Notes: generated by a model from the letters alone, not told the origin. Shown: positions 40,289 through 50,907, counted from the first letter of the stretch. The stretch: 64,000 bases of DNA from an uncultured Terracidiphilus sp. (GCA_964571165.1 CAZNAW010000006.1:77103-141102), one strand, 5' to 3'. Numbers and translations: made by a program.

Positions 40289-41410
40289 TTGAAAGCATGG
40301 CCTGTCTTAGGCGTTCTCTTGATGCAAGCCATGCTGCTTCTTGCTCACTGGTTCATCTATCACACCCTGGTCGTCTTCTGGCCCAATCTGAGCCCTGCGG
40401 ATAGCCTGGCGCTGCGGAGCGCGCTCTTTCTGCTGGCCTTCAGCTTCATTTTCGCCGCCCTGCTCAGCTTCAGCTTCTCCAACCTGCTGGTCGCCTTTGT
40501 CTATCGGCTCGCCGCTGTGTGGCTCGGGTTCCTCAACTACTTCTTCCTCGCGGCCTGCTTGAGTTGGCTAGGCTGGTTTGCGCTCCTGCTGACCAGGTTG
40601 CGTCCAGACCCCTGGATTTATCGCCCGTACCTTGCCGCCGTTTTCTTCTCATGCGCTTTGCTGGCCGGCGCCTATGGCCTGGTCAATGCCCTGTGGATTC
40701 GCGTGCGGCGTATCCCCATCCATCTGCCTAATCTGCCCTCATCCTGGCGCGGTCGCACTGCCCTCGTGGTCAGCGACCTGCACTTGGGCAATGTAAACGG
40801 TCTCGGCTTCAGCCGCCGCATCGCGCACCTGACTGCCCGTCTTTGCCCGGACATCGTTTTCTTCCCCGGCGACTTCTTCGATGGAACCAGAACCGATCCC
40901 TTCCGCCTGGCCGCACCGTTTCTTCCTCTCTCGCCGCCTTTGGGGATCTACTACTCCACCGGCAACCACGACGAATACGGCGACCTGGCCCATTACGTTG
41001 ACGCCCTTACACGAGCCGGCATCCGCGTCCTGACCAACGAAATGGTCACCGTGGATGGCCTGCCCATCGTGGGCGTGCCTTATGGCGACTCTACCCACCT
41101 GCTCCGCCTGCGCTCCACGCTGGAGAGCCTGCGCCTTCCTGCCGGCCAGCCCAGTATTCTGCTAAACCACGTGCCCAACCGCCTGCCCATCGTGGAACAG
41201 GCCGGCGTGAGCTTGCAGCTCTCCGGCCACACCCACGGCGGGCAGCTTTTTCCCTTTACCTGGCTTGTTCGCCGCGTCTTTGGCAAGTTCACCTACGGAC
41301 TGCATCCATTCGGCCCGCTTCAGGTGTACACCTCAAGCGGCGCCGGAACCTGGGGGCCCCCCATGCGTGTCGGGACCCGTTCCGAAGTGGTTTTGATTAC
41401 ATTTGAGTAG
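40289..41410 (+). CDS. Membrane-anchored metallophosphoesterase
   Basis: SDLH, GD, GNHD, GHTHGGQ; N-terminal TM segments. Confidence 0.92.
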   Translation: MKAWPVLGVLLMQAMLLLAHWFIYHTLVVFWPNLSPADSLALRSALFLLAFSFIFAALLSFSFSNLLVAFVYRLAAVWLGFLNYFFLAACLSWLGWFALLLTRLRPDPWIYRPYLAAVFFSCALLAGAYGLVNALWIRVRRIPIHLPNLPSSWRGRTALVVSDLHLGNVNGLGFSRRIAHLTARLCPDIVFFPGDFFDGTRTDPFRLAAPFLPLSPPLGIYYSTGNHDEYGDLAHYVDALTRAGIRVLTNEMVTVDGLPIVGVPYGDSTHLLRLRSTLESLRLPAGQPSILLNHVPNRLPIVEQAGVSLQLSGHTHGGQLFPFTWLVRRVFGKFTYGLHPFGPLQVYTSSGAGTWGPPMRVGTRSEVVLITFE

Positions 41411-41470
41411 AAGCGGCTCTTTGATCTCTCTGTTATAAACTTGGTGTTCGAATCGAAAAAGAGGACGACA

Positions 41471-43633
41471 ATGCAGTTTTTGAGCAAACGCTTTCTCGGC
41501 ATATTTGGAACGGCCTTCTTTCTGGCGGTCGCCCTGACGAACGCACAGCAAACCGGCCAGCAACCACAGGTGAACCCAGCCCTGGATTTCCCCACCGTGC
41601 TTTATGGCGCGGCCTACTATCACGAGTACATGCCCTACGAACGGCTGGACAAGGACGTGGCCCTGATGAAGGCCGCCGGCCTTAACGTGGTGCGCATGGG
41701 CGAATCCACCTGGAGCCTCTGGGAACCCGAGGACGGGCGCTTCGAGTACGCCTGGATGGACCGCGTTGTGGACGCCATGGGCAAGGCCGGGATCAAGGTG
41801 ATCCTCGGCACGCCCACCTACTCCATTCCCGCATGGATGGCTCATCAGCACCCTGAGATCCTGGCCCGCCACATCCCGGCCGGCCCCTTCGGCGGCGCCA
41901 CAGTCGAGGGCACTTACGGCATGCGCCAGAACATGGACACCGATTCCCCAGCGTACAGGTTTTACGCCGAGCGCCTCATCCGCCACATCGTGGCCCACTA
42001 CAAGGACAACCCCACCGTCATCGGCTGGCAGCTCGACAATGAAACTTCAAGCTACGAAGCCGCCAATCCCGACATCTTCATCGGCTTCCAGCACTACCTG
42101 GAAAAGAAATTCGGCACGCCCGAGGCGCTCAGCAAGGCCTGGTTCCTCAACTACTGGGGCGAAAACCTGCACACCTGGGAGGACCTGCCCACGCGCGACG
42201 GCACCATCTCCACGGGCTACAAACTTGAATGGACGCGCTGGAGCCAGATGCGCGTTGCCGATTTCCTTCATTGGCAGGCCGCGCTGGTTCGCGAATGCGC
42301 GTCGCCCAGCCAATTCGTGACCACCGACTACGGCGGCATGATGCGCTATGACAGGAACGAGGAAGCCATCGCCGACGCCCTCGATATCCCCGCCGACAAC
42401 GTCTATCACGGCACGCAAGACCATTACGACGGCTCGGTGCAGTCTATCCAGGAGGACTTCACCCGCTCCCTCAAGCACTCCAACTTCCTTGTCACCGAGA
42501 CCAACGCCCAGACTACCGACTGGACTTCGGCCTCCCAGTTTCCGCCCTACGACGGCCAGTTGCGCCAGGATGTCTACACGCATCTCTCCAACGGCGCCAA
42601 CATGGTGGAGTATTGGCACTGGGCCTCCATTCCCGCCAACCAGGAAATGTACTGGAAAGGCGTGCTCTCGCACGATCTGGAACCCAATCGCGCTTACGCC
42701 GAGGTCAGCCGCACCGCCCATGAGTTGCAAAAGATCGGCCCGCATTTGGCCGGCTTGAAGATTCACAACGAGGTGGCCATCCTCTGGAGCCGCGACTCGC
42801 TGAACGGCATCAGCTTCATGCCCTTCACCTCAGCCGGGCCGCAATGGAGCTTCGGGACTGCGACAGCCGACTATGCTTCGCTTGTGCAGCAAATCCACCA
42901 CTCCCTCTACGACCTCAACATCGGCTCGGACTTCGTCTTTCCTACCACACAGGACTTCTCCGCCTACAAGCTGCTCATTGTCCCCGCACTCTACATCGCC
43001 GACGACGCCCTGCTGCAACGCATTGCCGATTACGTGAAGAACGGCGGCCACGTGGTGATGACCTTCAAGAGCGGATTCGCCAATGAAAACTCCGCAGTCC
43101 GCTGGGTCCGCGCCCCAGGCCCATTGCGCGAAGCCGCCGGCTTCAGCTATCAGGAGTTCTCAAACCTTGAGCACCCGCTGGCCCTCAAGGGCGACCCGTT
43201 CCACGCGGGCGATGCCAATCAAGTGCAATACTGGGCCGAGTTTCTCATTCCCGAGCACGCCAAACCCATCGCTTTCTACGACCACCCCTTCTTTGGCCGC
43301 TGGCCCGCCATCACCGAAAACGAATTCGGCGCTGGAACCCTGCTCTATGAGGGGACGTATCTCTCAGACAAACTGCAAACCGCTGTACTCAAGGGCGCGC
43401 TGGAAAAAGCCGGCCTCACCGGCCTCGACCAGCAACTTCCGCCCGCAGTGCACGTTCAGCACGGCGTCAACCGTCTCGGCAAGCGCCTCCACTACTACTT
43501 CAACTACTCCGGCGCGGAGGTCAAAGTGACCTACCCCTATGGCGCCGGGACCAATCTTCTCGACGAAAAATCCGTAGCCAAAGCCTCCGTTTTAACTTTG
43601 GCACCATGGGATGTAGCTATCATCGAAGAGTAG
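41471..43633 (+). CDS. GH42-like beta-galactosidase
   Basis: GAAYYHE, GTPTYSIPAW, WQLDNE, VTETN; signal peptide. Confidence 0.9.
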   Translation: MQFLSKRFLGIFGTAFFLAVALTNAQQTGQQPQVNPALDFPTVLYGAAYYHEYMPYERLDKDVALMKAAGLNVVRMGESTWSLWEPEDGRFEYAWMDRVVDAMGKAGIKVILGTPTYSIPAWMAHQHPEILARHIPAGPFGGATVEGTYGMRQNMDTDSPAYRFYAERLIRHIVAHYKDNPTVIGWQLDNETSSYEAANPDIFIGFQHYLEKKFGTPEALSKAWFLNYWGENLHTWEDLPTRDGTISTGYKLEWTRWSQMRVADFLHWQAALVRECASPSQFVTTDYGGMMRYDRNEEAIADALDIPADNVYHGTQDHYDGSVQSIQEDFTRSLKHSNFLVTETNAQTTDWTSASQFPPYDGQLRQDVYTHLSNGANMVEYWHWASIPANQEMYWKGVLSHDLEPNRAYAEVSRTAHELQKIGPHLAGLKIHNEVAILWSRDSLNGISFMPFTSAGPQWSFGTATADYASLVQQIHHSLYDLNIGSDFVFPTTQDFSAYKLLIVPALYIADDALLQRIADYVKNGGHVVMTFKSGFANENSAVRWVRAPGPLREAAGFSYQEFSNLEHPLALKGDPFHAGDANQVQYWAEFLIPEHAKPIAFYDHPFFGRWPAITENEFGAGTLLYEGTYLSDKLQTAVLKGALEKAGLTGLDQQLPPAVHVQHGVNRLGKRLHYYFNYSGAEVKVTYPYGAGTNLLDEKSVAKASVLTLAPWDVAIIEE

Positions 43634-43664
43634 CAATCTGGCTGTTTTTGACAAGGCGCGGCTT

Positions 43665-43780
43665 TAAAGCGGTTCTCCAATTCACGTACGCCTTCCAACC
43701 TCGCGCAAGGTGGCTTTTTCTGAGGAAAAAGCCACTCATCCGATGTGGTTTCGGGGTATGGCAATTTGAGAGCCGCTTTA
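43665..43780. mobile_element. 112-bp MITE with TA duplication, inserted in a REP-like palindrome
   Basis: Ends TAAAGCGGTTCTCCAATT / AATTTGAGAGCCGCTTTA (16/18 complementary); excision restores GGCGCGGC-TTTA-GCCGCGCC. Confidence 0.75.
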
Positions 43781-43930
43781 GCCGCGCCACCCAGCGCTTC
43801 CCCTGCATTTCCTCGGCTTCAGCTTGCGAGGGAATGCTCTATTGACCCATGTCTCTGATAGCAACCTGATCGAAGGCTCTTTCGCTCCCTCTTTCGTAGC
43901 GATGCCGTTTACCTCAAGGAGAACACTGAA

Positions 43931-45655
43931 GTGAGTGCAGATTCCCCCGCTCCCAGCCGCACCAGCAACGCCGTGGTTCGCACCCGGCTTTCCGGATTTG
44001 ACCTTCTGCTGAATCCGCGCCTCAACAAGGGCACCGCCTTTACTGAAGAAGAGCGCGATGCCTTCGGTCTGCACGGCCTGCTGCCGCCCAACGTGGGAAC
44101 CATCGAGGAGCAGCGGGAGCGCCGCAAGATGGCTCTGGATCACCGCGATACGCCCTTCGGCAAGTACAACCAGATGCGCGATCTGCAGGACACCAATGAG
44201 ACTCTGTTCTACTCGCTCATTGCCCACCACATTGAAGAATTGCTACCCATCGTGTATACGCCAACGGTCGGCGAGGGATGCCAGCGCTTCAGTGAGATCT
44301 GGCGCAAGCCTCGCGGCCTCTTCATCAGCTTCCCTGACAAAAAACGCATTGAGCGAATCCTCGCCGATCCGCGTTACGACGACGTCCGCTGCATCGTCGT
44401 CAGCGACGGAGAACGCATCCTCGGCCTGGGTGACCAGGGCGCCGGTGGCATGGGCATTCCCATCGGCAAGATGGCGCTCTACACCGCTCTCGCCGGTATC
44501 CCTCCGGAACATTGTCTGCCGGTCCTGCTCGATGTGGGCACGGACAACGAAGCCCTGCTCAACGATCCCATCTATATCGGCTGGCAGCACAAGCGGGTCC
44601 GCGGCCAGGAGTATGACGACTTCGTTGAGGCGTTCGTCAGCGCCGTTGAGCGCCGCTGGCCCCACATCCTCCTGCAATGGGAAGACTTTGCCGGCACCAA
44701 TGCCGCTCGTCTGCTCGACCGCTATCGCGACCGTCTCTGCACTTTCAATGACGACATTCAGGGAACCGCCGCCGTGACCACCGCGACCCTGATCTCAGCC
44801 GTCAACGCTACCGGCATTCCGCCCAAAGACCAGACGATTGCGCTCTTCGGTTCCGGCTCAGCCGGCATCGGCATTGCCAACCTGCTGCTGACCGCGATGC
44901 AGGAAGAAGGACTCACGGAGGCACAGGCCCGCAGCCGCATCTATGCCTTCAACCGATATGGACTGCTGGTGGAGGGTGGACGCGGCACTCGCGAAAGCCA
45001 ACTACCTTTCGTACGCAGCAGAGCGGACGTAGAAGGATGGAAGCTCACCGGCGGCGAAGATATTTCTCTTCTCGACGTGGTCCGCAACGCCAGGATCACG
45101 GTTCTGGTGGGCACCTCTGCGCAGCCCGGCGCATTTACTGAGGAGATAGTCCGCGAGATGGCCCGTCACACGCCTCGCCCCATCATCTTCCCGCTCTCCA
45201 ACCCCACCTCGCGCGCCGAAGCCACGCCCGCTGACCTGCTCCGCTGGACGGATGCCCGCGCCATTATCGGCACCGGCAGCCCCTTCGCTCCCGTCGAGGT
45301 CAACGGCAAGCTGATTTCCGTCGCCCAGACCAATAACTCCTATATCTTCCCCGGTCTGGCCCTGGGCATCCTTGTTTCGCGCGCCCGCCGCGTCACCGAT
45401 GGAATGATAATGGCCGCCGCCCGCGCGCTTGCACACCTCTCACCCGCCCGCGAAGACAAGAACGCCCCGCTTCTTCCACCCATTGCCGACTCCCGCAAAC
45501 TGAGTCTTGTGATTGCAGAAGCCGTGGCCAACCAAGCCATGGCCAACGGCGTGGCTGAGTTAGCCGACGCAGCAACCCTCAAAGAAAAACTACGGGCTTA
45601 CGTTTGGGAACCTGTCTATCTGCCGTATGAACGGCTGCCTGAAAAAGAAGAGTGA
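43931..45655 (+). CDS. maeA: NAD-dependent malic enzyme
   Basis: NKGTAF, YTPTVG, ILGLGD, FNDDIQGT, LSNPT. Confidence 0.95.
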   Translation: MSADSPAPSRTSNAVVRTRLSGFDLLLNPRLNKGTAFTEEERDAFGLHGLLPPNVGTIEEQRERRKMALDHRDTPFGKYNQMRDLQDTNETLFYSLIAHHIEELLPIVYTPTVGEGCQRFSEIWRKPRGLFISFPDKKRIERILADPRYDDVRCIVVSDGERILGLGDQGAGGMGIPIGKMALYTALAGIPPEHCLPVLLDVGTDNEALLNDPIYIGWQHKRVRGQEYDDFVEAFVSAVERRWPHILLQWEDFAGTNAARLLDRYRDRLCTFNDDIQGTAAVTTATLISAVNATGIPPKDQTIALFGSGSAGIGIANLLLTAMQEEGLTEAQARSRIYAFNRYGLLVEGGRGTRESQLPFVRSRADVEGWKLTGGEDISLLDVVRNARITVLVGTSAQPGAFTEEIVREMARHTPRPIIFPLSNPTSRAEATPADLLRWTDARAIIGTGSPFAPVEVNGKLISVAQTNNSYIFPGLALGILVSRARRVTDGMIMAAARALAHLSPAREDKNAPLLPPIADSRKLSLVIAEAVANQAMANGVAELADAATLKEKLRAYVWEPVYLPYERLPEKEE

Positions 45656-45860
45656 TGCCGTCAGGTTCGGCGTAGAATGCTGTCAATATGGGTACGATCT
45701 TGCGCATAATCTCCATTCAATGGAAACCTGTAGCCCGTGTTGTGTCTGTGGCCTATGTATTCCTGGGGCTTGCCGGTTTCTGCCAGTTCTCATTGTCCAA
45801 CGCTTAGAGCATTGGCGAGGTCATAGCTTACGCAATATCGGGATGGATAACAGGCGCAGC

Positions 45861-45890
45861 GGCGCGGCTGAAGCCGTGGCATTTCAAAAC
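45861..45890. repeat. REP-like element
   Basis: GGCGCGGCTGAAGCCGTGGCATTTCAAAAC; inverted relative to the copy at 43643-43788. Confidence 0.6.
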
Positions 45891-45936
45891 CAGGTTATGA
45901 AATAGCTTTTTGAGAATGTCCACTCTCAACCCGCAC

Positions 45937-48414
45937 TTATTCTTCTTCCGGCGGGACCTGTTCCAGCAGGCGCTTCCATGTCTTCTGGTTTTTGCGGAAA
46001 CCTTTCTTCAAATCTTCAAGAATCCGCTCGAAATCGGTATTCGTCCGCAGGTTATTCCACGCGGGATTCTTCTGGAACCACGGATAATTCTCATTGCCTA
46101 AATAGATAGCTCGACGCAGCCAATGCAGCGCCTCGCTCGAATCGCCCTCGACGGCGAAGTAAGTCGCCAGCCGGTAAGCCATCTCGCTGTCAGCCTCGGC
46201 GGCGGCCAACGTTTCATCCTTGAGCAGCGCGGCCGCCCGCTCCCGCTCGCCCGCCTGCACATAACACAGCGCCAGCGTGGGCACGGCGATGCGCAGCGAA
46301 TCATCATCGCGGACCACGCCCTCCAGAATCTCGATGGCCGCGCTCAGATTGCCCAGCCGCATCTGCTGGTAGCCGGCTGAGGTCCTCAGCAGCGGATGGC
46401 GCGGCTCCAACGCCAGGCCCTTGGCCAGTTCATCGCCGGCCAGCTCGATTTGATTCTGATAGTGATACACACGGGCGCGGTGGTTGTAGAGCAGTGCGGC
46501 ATTGGCGGGGTTCAGCTTGAGAGCGCGGTTGAACTCGTGGAGCGCCTCGTCATACATGCCGTCTCCGCGCAGCGCCATGCCCGCCACCATGTGCACGTTC
46601 CAGTCATTGGCTGCTCCGGCCAGCAGGTTGGCGATGCCGTGCCGCGCCGACTCCTTTTCGCCGCGCGACAGCAGCATATAAATGCGGTAGAGATTCGCTT
46701 CGGTCGAGGCAGGATCGAGCCTGAGCGCCTCATCGAATGCCCGCCGCGCGTGCATCACGTGAATCTGTCCTCCAAAGCCGTGCCGCACATATTGCAGCTC
46801 CGCGATGCCCATTCCACACCAGCCAGCCGCAAACTCCGGGTCGGTTGTCGTTACGCTTGAAAACAGCGCATGCGCGCGGTCAAGATCGGCTCGCGAACCG
46901 GTGCGCACCATGAAGGAACTCAGCAGCGCCCGCGCTTGCAGGTACTCCTCGCTGACCGGCCCCGGCAATGATCCATCTCTTGCCCCTTCCCGCGATCCGG
47001 CGCGCGGCGCGTCGATCTGATCTCCTGCGCTCAGCCCGTGCAGCGCGGCAAACACCTCATTGGAAATTTCTGTCTGGACTGCAATCAGATCCAGCGAGGC
47101 CACGCGGATGGCACCGCCCGAGCGCACGCTTTGCGAACCCACATCCAGCAGTTGCCAGTTCAGATCGAACCCTTCATCGGAGCGCAGAAAACTCCCGGCC
47201 AGCACAAACGAAACCAGCAGCTTTTGCCCAACCGAAAGCGGATCCATCTGCGCGATCGGCAGCGGCATGAGCGAACTCGATGGCCTGACAACCAGCGCCG
47301 GAATCCGCGCCAGCCGCGCCGCAATCGCATCCGCCAGCGCAAAGCCGTAAAGCGGGGCAACCTCCGTTGCGCCGAGATTGGTAAACGGCAGGACTACGAG
47401 CGAGTTTTGCGTTGCCCGGTCGACCGCCGACTCACGAAACCGCTCCGCCAGCATCGACAGAAATCCCGTATTCCGTTTCTCCGCCTCGGCACCCGTGGTG
47501 GGCAGATTGGCCGCCGCATCGCCGGGGATGGTTCCGGTTTCAATCCGCAGCGCCTTCATTATCGTCTTCAGCGCCTCGCGCACTTCTGCCGCCGATGCGT
47601 ATCGCGCCGCCGGATTCTTTTCAAGGCACGTCGAAATTACGCTTTTCAGTTCCGGCGAAATGTCCGGCACAATCTGGCTCAGATCCTGCGGGTCAGAGAA
47701 TTGGATGGCGCGAATGGCCTGAAAGTCCTCGGCGTCAGGCCGGGCAAATGGATGGCGTCCGCTGGCCAGCTCATACAGGATGACCCCCAGCGCCCAGACG
47801 TCCGACTGCACGCTCGACTGCCCGGTGACAAACTGTTCCGGCGCCATGTAGCGGATGGTCCCGCCGCGCGCCGTGTAGGTGGCAGCCATCGATGCGTCCT
47901 TGGCCAGGCCCGGCTTCGATGGGTCGAAGTTCGCATCCTCGGGCCGCAGCCGCCGCGCCAGGCCGAAGTCCAGAATCTTCACCAGGCCACCGTCAGTCAG
48001 CATCACGTTCTGCGGCTTCAGGTCGCGATGGAAGATGCCCAGCGCGTGCGCAGCCTGCAATCCGTCGGCGATTTGAATACCCACCGAGAGCACGAGTTGC
48101 AGACTCGCCGGCCCTCTGGCAATCAACTGGTCCAGAGACTGCCCCGGGACATACTGCATCACGATGTAGCCTTCGTCGCCGGTCTCGCCCACTTCGTAGA
48201 TGCCGCAGACGTTGGGATGCTCGATGGCCGAGGCCAGGCGCGCCTCGCGCAGCACCGTGGTGCGCAACTGTTCCGCCGACAGCAGCCCGGTGCGCAGAAT
48301 TTTCAACACCACTGGACGCTGAAGGAGCGTGTCGTTGGCCAGGTAGACCACCCCACTGCCCCCGGCGCCCAGCCGCCGAAGAATCTCGTAGTGTTCGATC
48401 GTTCTTCGCTTCAT
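45937..48414 (-). CDS. Hanks-type Ser/Thr kinase with TolB-like and TPR domains
   Basis: GAGGSG, HRDLKPQN, DFG, APE; SLVVLPF domain; TPR-like helices. Confidence 0.94.
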   Translation of the reverse strand: MKRRTIEHYEILRRLGAGGSGVVYLANDTLLQRPVVLKILRTGLLSAEQLRTTVLREARLASAIEHPNVCGIYEVGETGDEGYIVMQYVPGQSLDQLIARGPASLQLVLSVGIQIADGLQAAHALGIFHRDLKPQNVMLTDGGLVKILDFGLARRLRPEDANFDPSKPGLAKDASMAATYTARGGTIRYMAPEQFVTGQSSVQSDVWALGVILYELASGRHPFARPDAEDFQAIRAIQFSDPQDLSQIVPDISPELKSVISTCLEKNPAARYASAAEVREALKTIMKALRIETGTIPGDAAANLPTTGAEAEKRNTGFLSMLAERFRESAVDRATQNSLVVLPFTNLGATEVAPLYGFALADAIAARLARIPALVVRPSSSLMPLPIAQMDPLSVGQKLLVSFVLAGSFLRSDEGFDLNWQLLDVGSQSVRSGGAIRVASLDLIAVQTEISNEVFAALHGLSAGDQIDAPRAGSREGARDGSLPGPVSEEYLQARALLSSFMVRTGSRADLDRAHALFSSVTTTDPEFAAGWCGMGIAELQYVRHGFGGQIHVMHARRAFDEALRLDPASTEANLYRIYMLLSRGEKESARHGIANLLAGAANDWNVHMVAGMALRGDGMYDEALHEFNRALKLNPANAALLYNHRARVYHYQNQIELAGDELAKGLALEPRHPLLRTSAGYQQMRLGNLSAAIEILEGVVRDDDSLRIAVPTLALCYVQAGERERAAALLKDETLAAAEADSEMAYRLATYFAVEGDSSEALHWLRRAIYLGNENYPWFQKNPAWNNLRTNTDFERILEDLKKGFRKNQKTWKRLLEQVPPEEE

Positions 48415-48569
48415 GTCTATCTATAAGTGTAGCGGCACATCAATAAAGAACGTACAAATCTCCGGTTCAGTGGAAAATAAGACTCTCGGATCGAACGCCT
48501 GCGCTGCGCCCGCCAAATTCCGCCCATGGCCGCCATTGCCCTCACGCGCGAAAGACTGACCACTGACAA

Positions 48570-48836
48570 CTAGCTCTTCTCAGCGCCCTCGCCGCGCTTT
48601 CCCTTCACCATCGCCTCCGGCGGCGGGGTCGCCAGCCGCGCCTGTTCCCGCCGGCCAAACAGATACATCGTCAGCCCGAAGACCAGCAGCACCAGCCCCC
48701 ACCAGAGATTCACGTCGATCCCCAGGCTCGGCGCGTACAGTTTCTGATTGCCTCTGGTCGCCAGCCCAAACGCGCCGAGGATGACGCCGACCAGCGTGAA
48801 CATCCATCCCATGGGAATGCGCAAATCGAAATTCAT
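48570..48836 (-). CDS. Small 2-TM protein, probable SSS transporter partner
   Basis: FDLRIPMG...VNLWWG; SD GGAG; follows the symporter. Confidence 0.75.
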   Translation of the reverse strand: MNFDLRIPMGWMFTLVGVILGAFGLATRGNQKLYAPSLGIDVNLWWGLVLLVFGLTMYLFGRREQARLATPPPEAMVKGKRGEGAEKS

Positions 48837-48893
48837 CTCTTTCTCCTATCGTGCCGCGCGCAGGCCCATCCGCCCGCGGATTAGAACAAATCC

Positions 48894-50726
48894 TCAGTAA
48901 AGGAAGATGTTTATGGCAATCGCGCCCAGCAGAATGGCTACTGCCAGCGCCTCGGGGCGCTTCCACCATGCCATGTGCGGACCCTCAGGCCTCGGGGTCA
49001 GCGAGTGAACCAGCCCCACCAGTTCGGCCTCCGGCTTCGCTTTGGTGCAGTAACTCACCACCACGGTCACCAGCAAGTTGGCGCCGAATGCGAAAATTGC
49101 CGTCCAGAAGTTTTGCGCCATGTCGCTCGGATAGTGGCGCAGCACCGCGATCCATCCGCCGTGGATGCCCGTCTGCGCCTCGATAGGCAACGTCAGTCCG
49201 TGGTGCAGCATGGCTGCCGCCATGCCCGCAATCAGTCCGGAAAACGCGCCGTGCCCCGTAGCCCGCTTCCAGAACACGCCCAGCAGGAAGGTGGCGAACA
49301 GCGGCGCACTCACAAACGCGAACACCAGTTGCAGCGTATCCATGATGCTGTTGAAGTTGATTGCCGCATACGCCGTCCCGATCGACATCAAAATCGCGCC
49401 CACAGTCGCCCATCGGGCCACCGCCATGGTTTGCCGGTCGCTGCCGCCTTTGTGAATGCAGGCCTGGTAAATATCGCAGGTAAACACCGTATTGAAGGCC
49501 GTCACATTGGCAGCCATGCTGCTCATCAGGCTGGCCAGCAGAGCCGTGAGCCCCAGCCCCAACAGGCCGGTGGGCAAAAAGTGCAGCAGCATATTCGGCG
49601 TGGCCATGTCGTAGTCCAGCTGCGCCTGGCCGTTGGCATCGAGCATCGGCTTGCCCGTGACTGGGTTGATCTTCGCCGGAACCAGTCCCCTGCCCGCTTC
49701 CGCCTGGGGCGACACCACAGTTGTCTCGCGAAGGATTGCTCCGTCTACCATGTGGGTCACGGTCGTCGTGTGTGGCGTCGGCAGCGTGATCGCCAACAAT
49801 CCGGGCAAGATTACCAGGAATGGAAACAGCATTTTGGGGATGGCGGCGATCAGCGGCACGCGCCGCGCCGATTCCATATTCTTCGCCGCCATCGCCGTCT
49901 GAATCACCCGGAAGTCAGCGCACCAAAAGCTCGACGCAAGCACAAACCCCAGACCCATGCCCAAGCCGATGATCTCAATCCCCATGGGGTTGGTGCTGGC
50001 GTGCGCCATGCCCTTCCACTCATGCAATAACCTGGGATCGACTGCGGCCACCGACGTCTTCAGCCCGCTCCATCCGCCGGCGCCGTGCAGCCCGATGAGC
50101 ACCAGCGGCAGAAAACCCGCAATGATGAGGAAGAATTGCAGTACCTGGTTGTACATGGCGCCTGTGAGGCCGCCCAGAAAAACATAGGCCAGCACAATCA
50201 CGGCCGACAACAGGATGCAGAAGGTAAAGCTACCCTGCTGAGGCCAGCCCAGCGCATAAAACAACCCGTCAAACACGTGAACGGCTTGCATGAGCCGGGC
50301 CATCGCGTACATCGAAATTCCCGAGCTGAACACCGTCATCGCCGCAAACAAGCAGGCGTTCAGCGCGCGCGTCTTCTCGTCGAATCGCATACGCAGAAAC
50401 TCGGGCAGGCTCCGCGCCTTGGAGCCGTAATAGAACGGCATCATGAAGAGGCCCACAAAAATCATGGCCGGAATTGCGCCAATGCCGTAGAGGTGCGCCG
50501 TCTCAAGGCCGTACCTGGCCCCCCAGGCGCCCATCCCGATAACCTCTTGTGCGCTGAGACTGGCGCCGAGAAAGGCCAGGCCGCACACCCATGTGGGCAG
50601 CGCGCGCCCTGCTTGAAGAAAGTCCCTGGCCGTCTTCATACGCGGCTTGAGGGCAAAGCCGATGCCCAGCACAAAGACGAAATACAGCAGCATGATCAGC
50701 CAGTCGACTGAGGTGAAGTTCAACAC
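48894..50726 (-). CDS. Sodium:solute symporter
   Basis: AGRALP, SLPEFLRMRF, LGVFWKR; SD AAGGAG before GTG 50726. Confidence 0.92.
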   Translation of the reverse strand: MLNFTSVDWLIMLLYFVFVLGIGFALKPRMKTARDFLQAGRALPTWVCGLAFLGASLSAQEVIGMGAWGARYGLETAHLYGIGAIPAMIFVGLFMMPFYYGSKARSLPEFLRMRFDEKTRALNACLFAAMTVFSSGISMYAMARLMQAVHVFDGLFYALGWPQQGSFTFCILLSAVIVLAYVFLGGLTGAMYNQVLQFFLIIAGFLPLVLIGLHGAGGWSGLKTSVAAVDPRLLHEWKGMAHASTNPMGIEIIGLGMGLGFVLASSFWCADFRVIQTAMAAKNMESARRVPLIAAIPKMLFPFLVILPGLLAITLPTPHTTTVTHMVDGAILRETTVVSPQAEAGRGLVPAKINPVTGKPMLDANGQAQLDYDMATPNMLLHFLPTGLLGLGLTALLASLMSSMAANVTAFNTVFTCDIYQACIHKGGSDRQTMAVARWATVGAILMSIGTAYAAINFNSIMDTLQLVFAFVSAPLFATFLLGVFWKRATGHGAFSGLIAGMAAAMLHHGLTLPIEAQTGIHGGWIAVLRHYPSDMAQNFWTAIFAFGANLLVTVVVSYCTKAKPEAELVGLVHSLTPRPEGPHMAWWKRPEALAVAILLGAIAINIFLY

Positions 50727-50850
50727 GAATGGCTCCTTGAATTGGTAGGCCTTGAAATCACTGTACTCAGCCCTGCGAGGGCAAGTCCAGAAGCTCGACG
50801 GATATGAACCTGTTCGGGGACCCATTCCACGGGGGAATTCGCCACAGACG

Positions 50851-50884
50851 CCACGGCCCTCCGGCGCAAACCGGAGGGCCGTGG
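50851..50884. terminator. 14-bp perfect hairpin after sugar MFS gene
   Basis: CCACGGCCCTCCGG-CGCAAA-CCGGAGGGCCGTGG; weak U tract. Confidence 0.6.
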
Positions 50885-50907
50885 AACGCGCAGACAAAAT
50901 GCTCCGC

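Noticed and set aside
45627..45905. Cys-rich 92-aa ORF considered as a metallothionein or RiPP precursor
   Set aside because: Overlaps the maeA end and a REP; no SD and no modifying enzymes nearby
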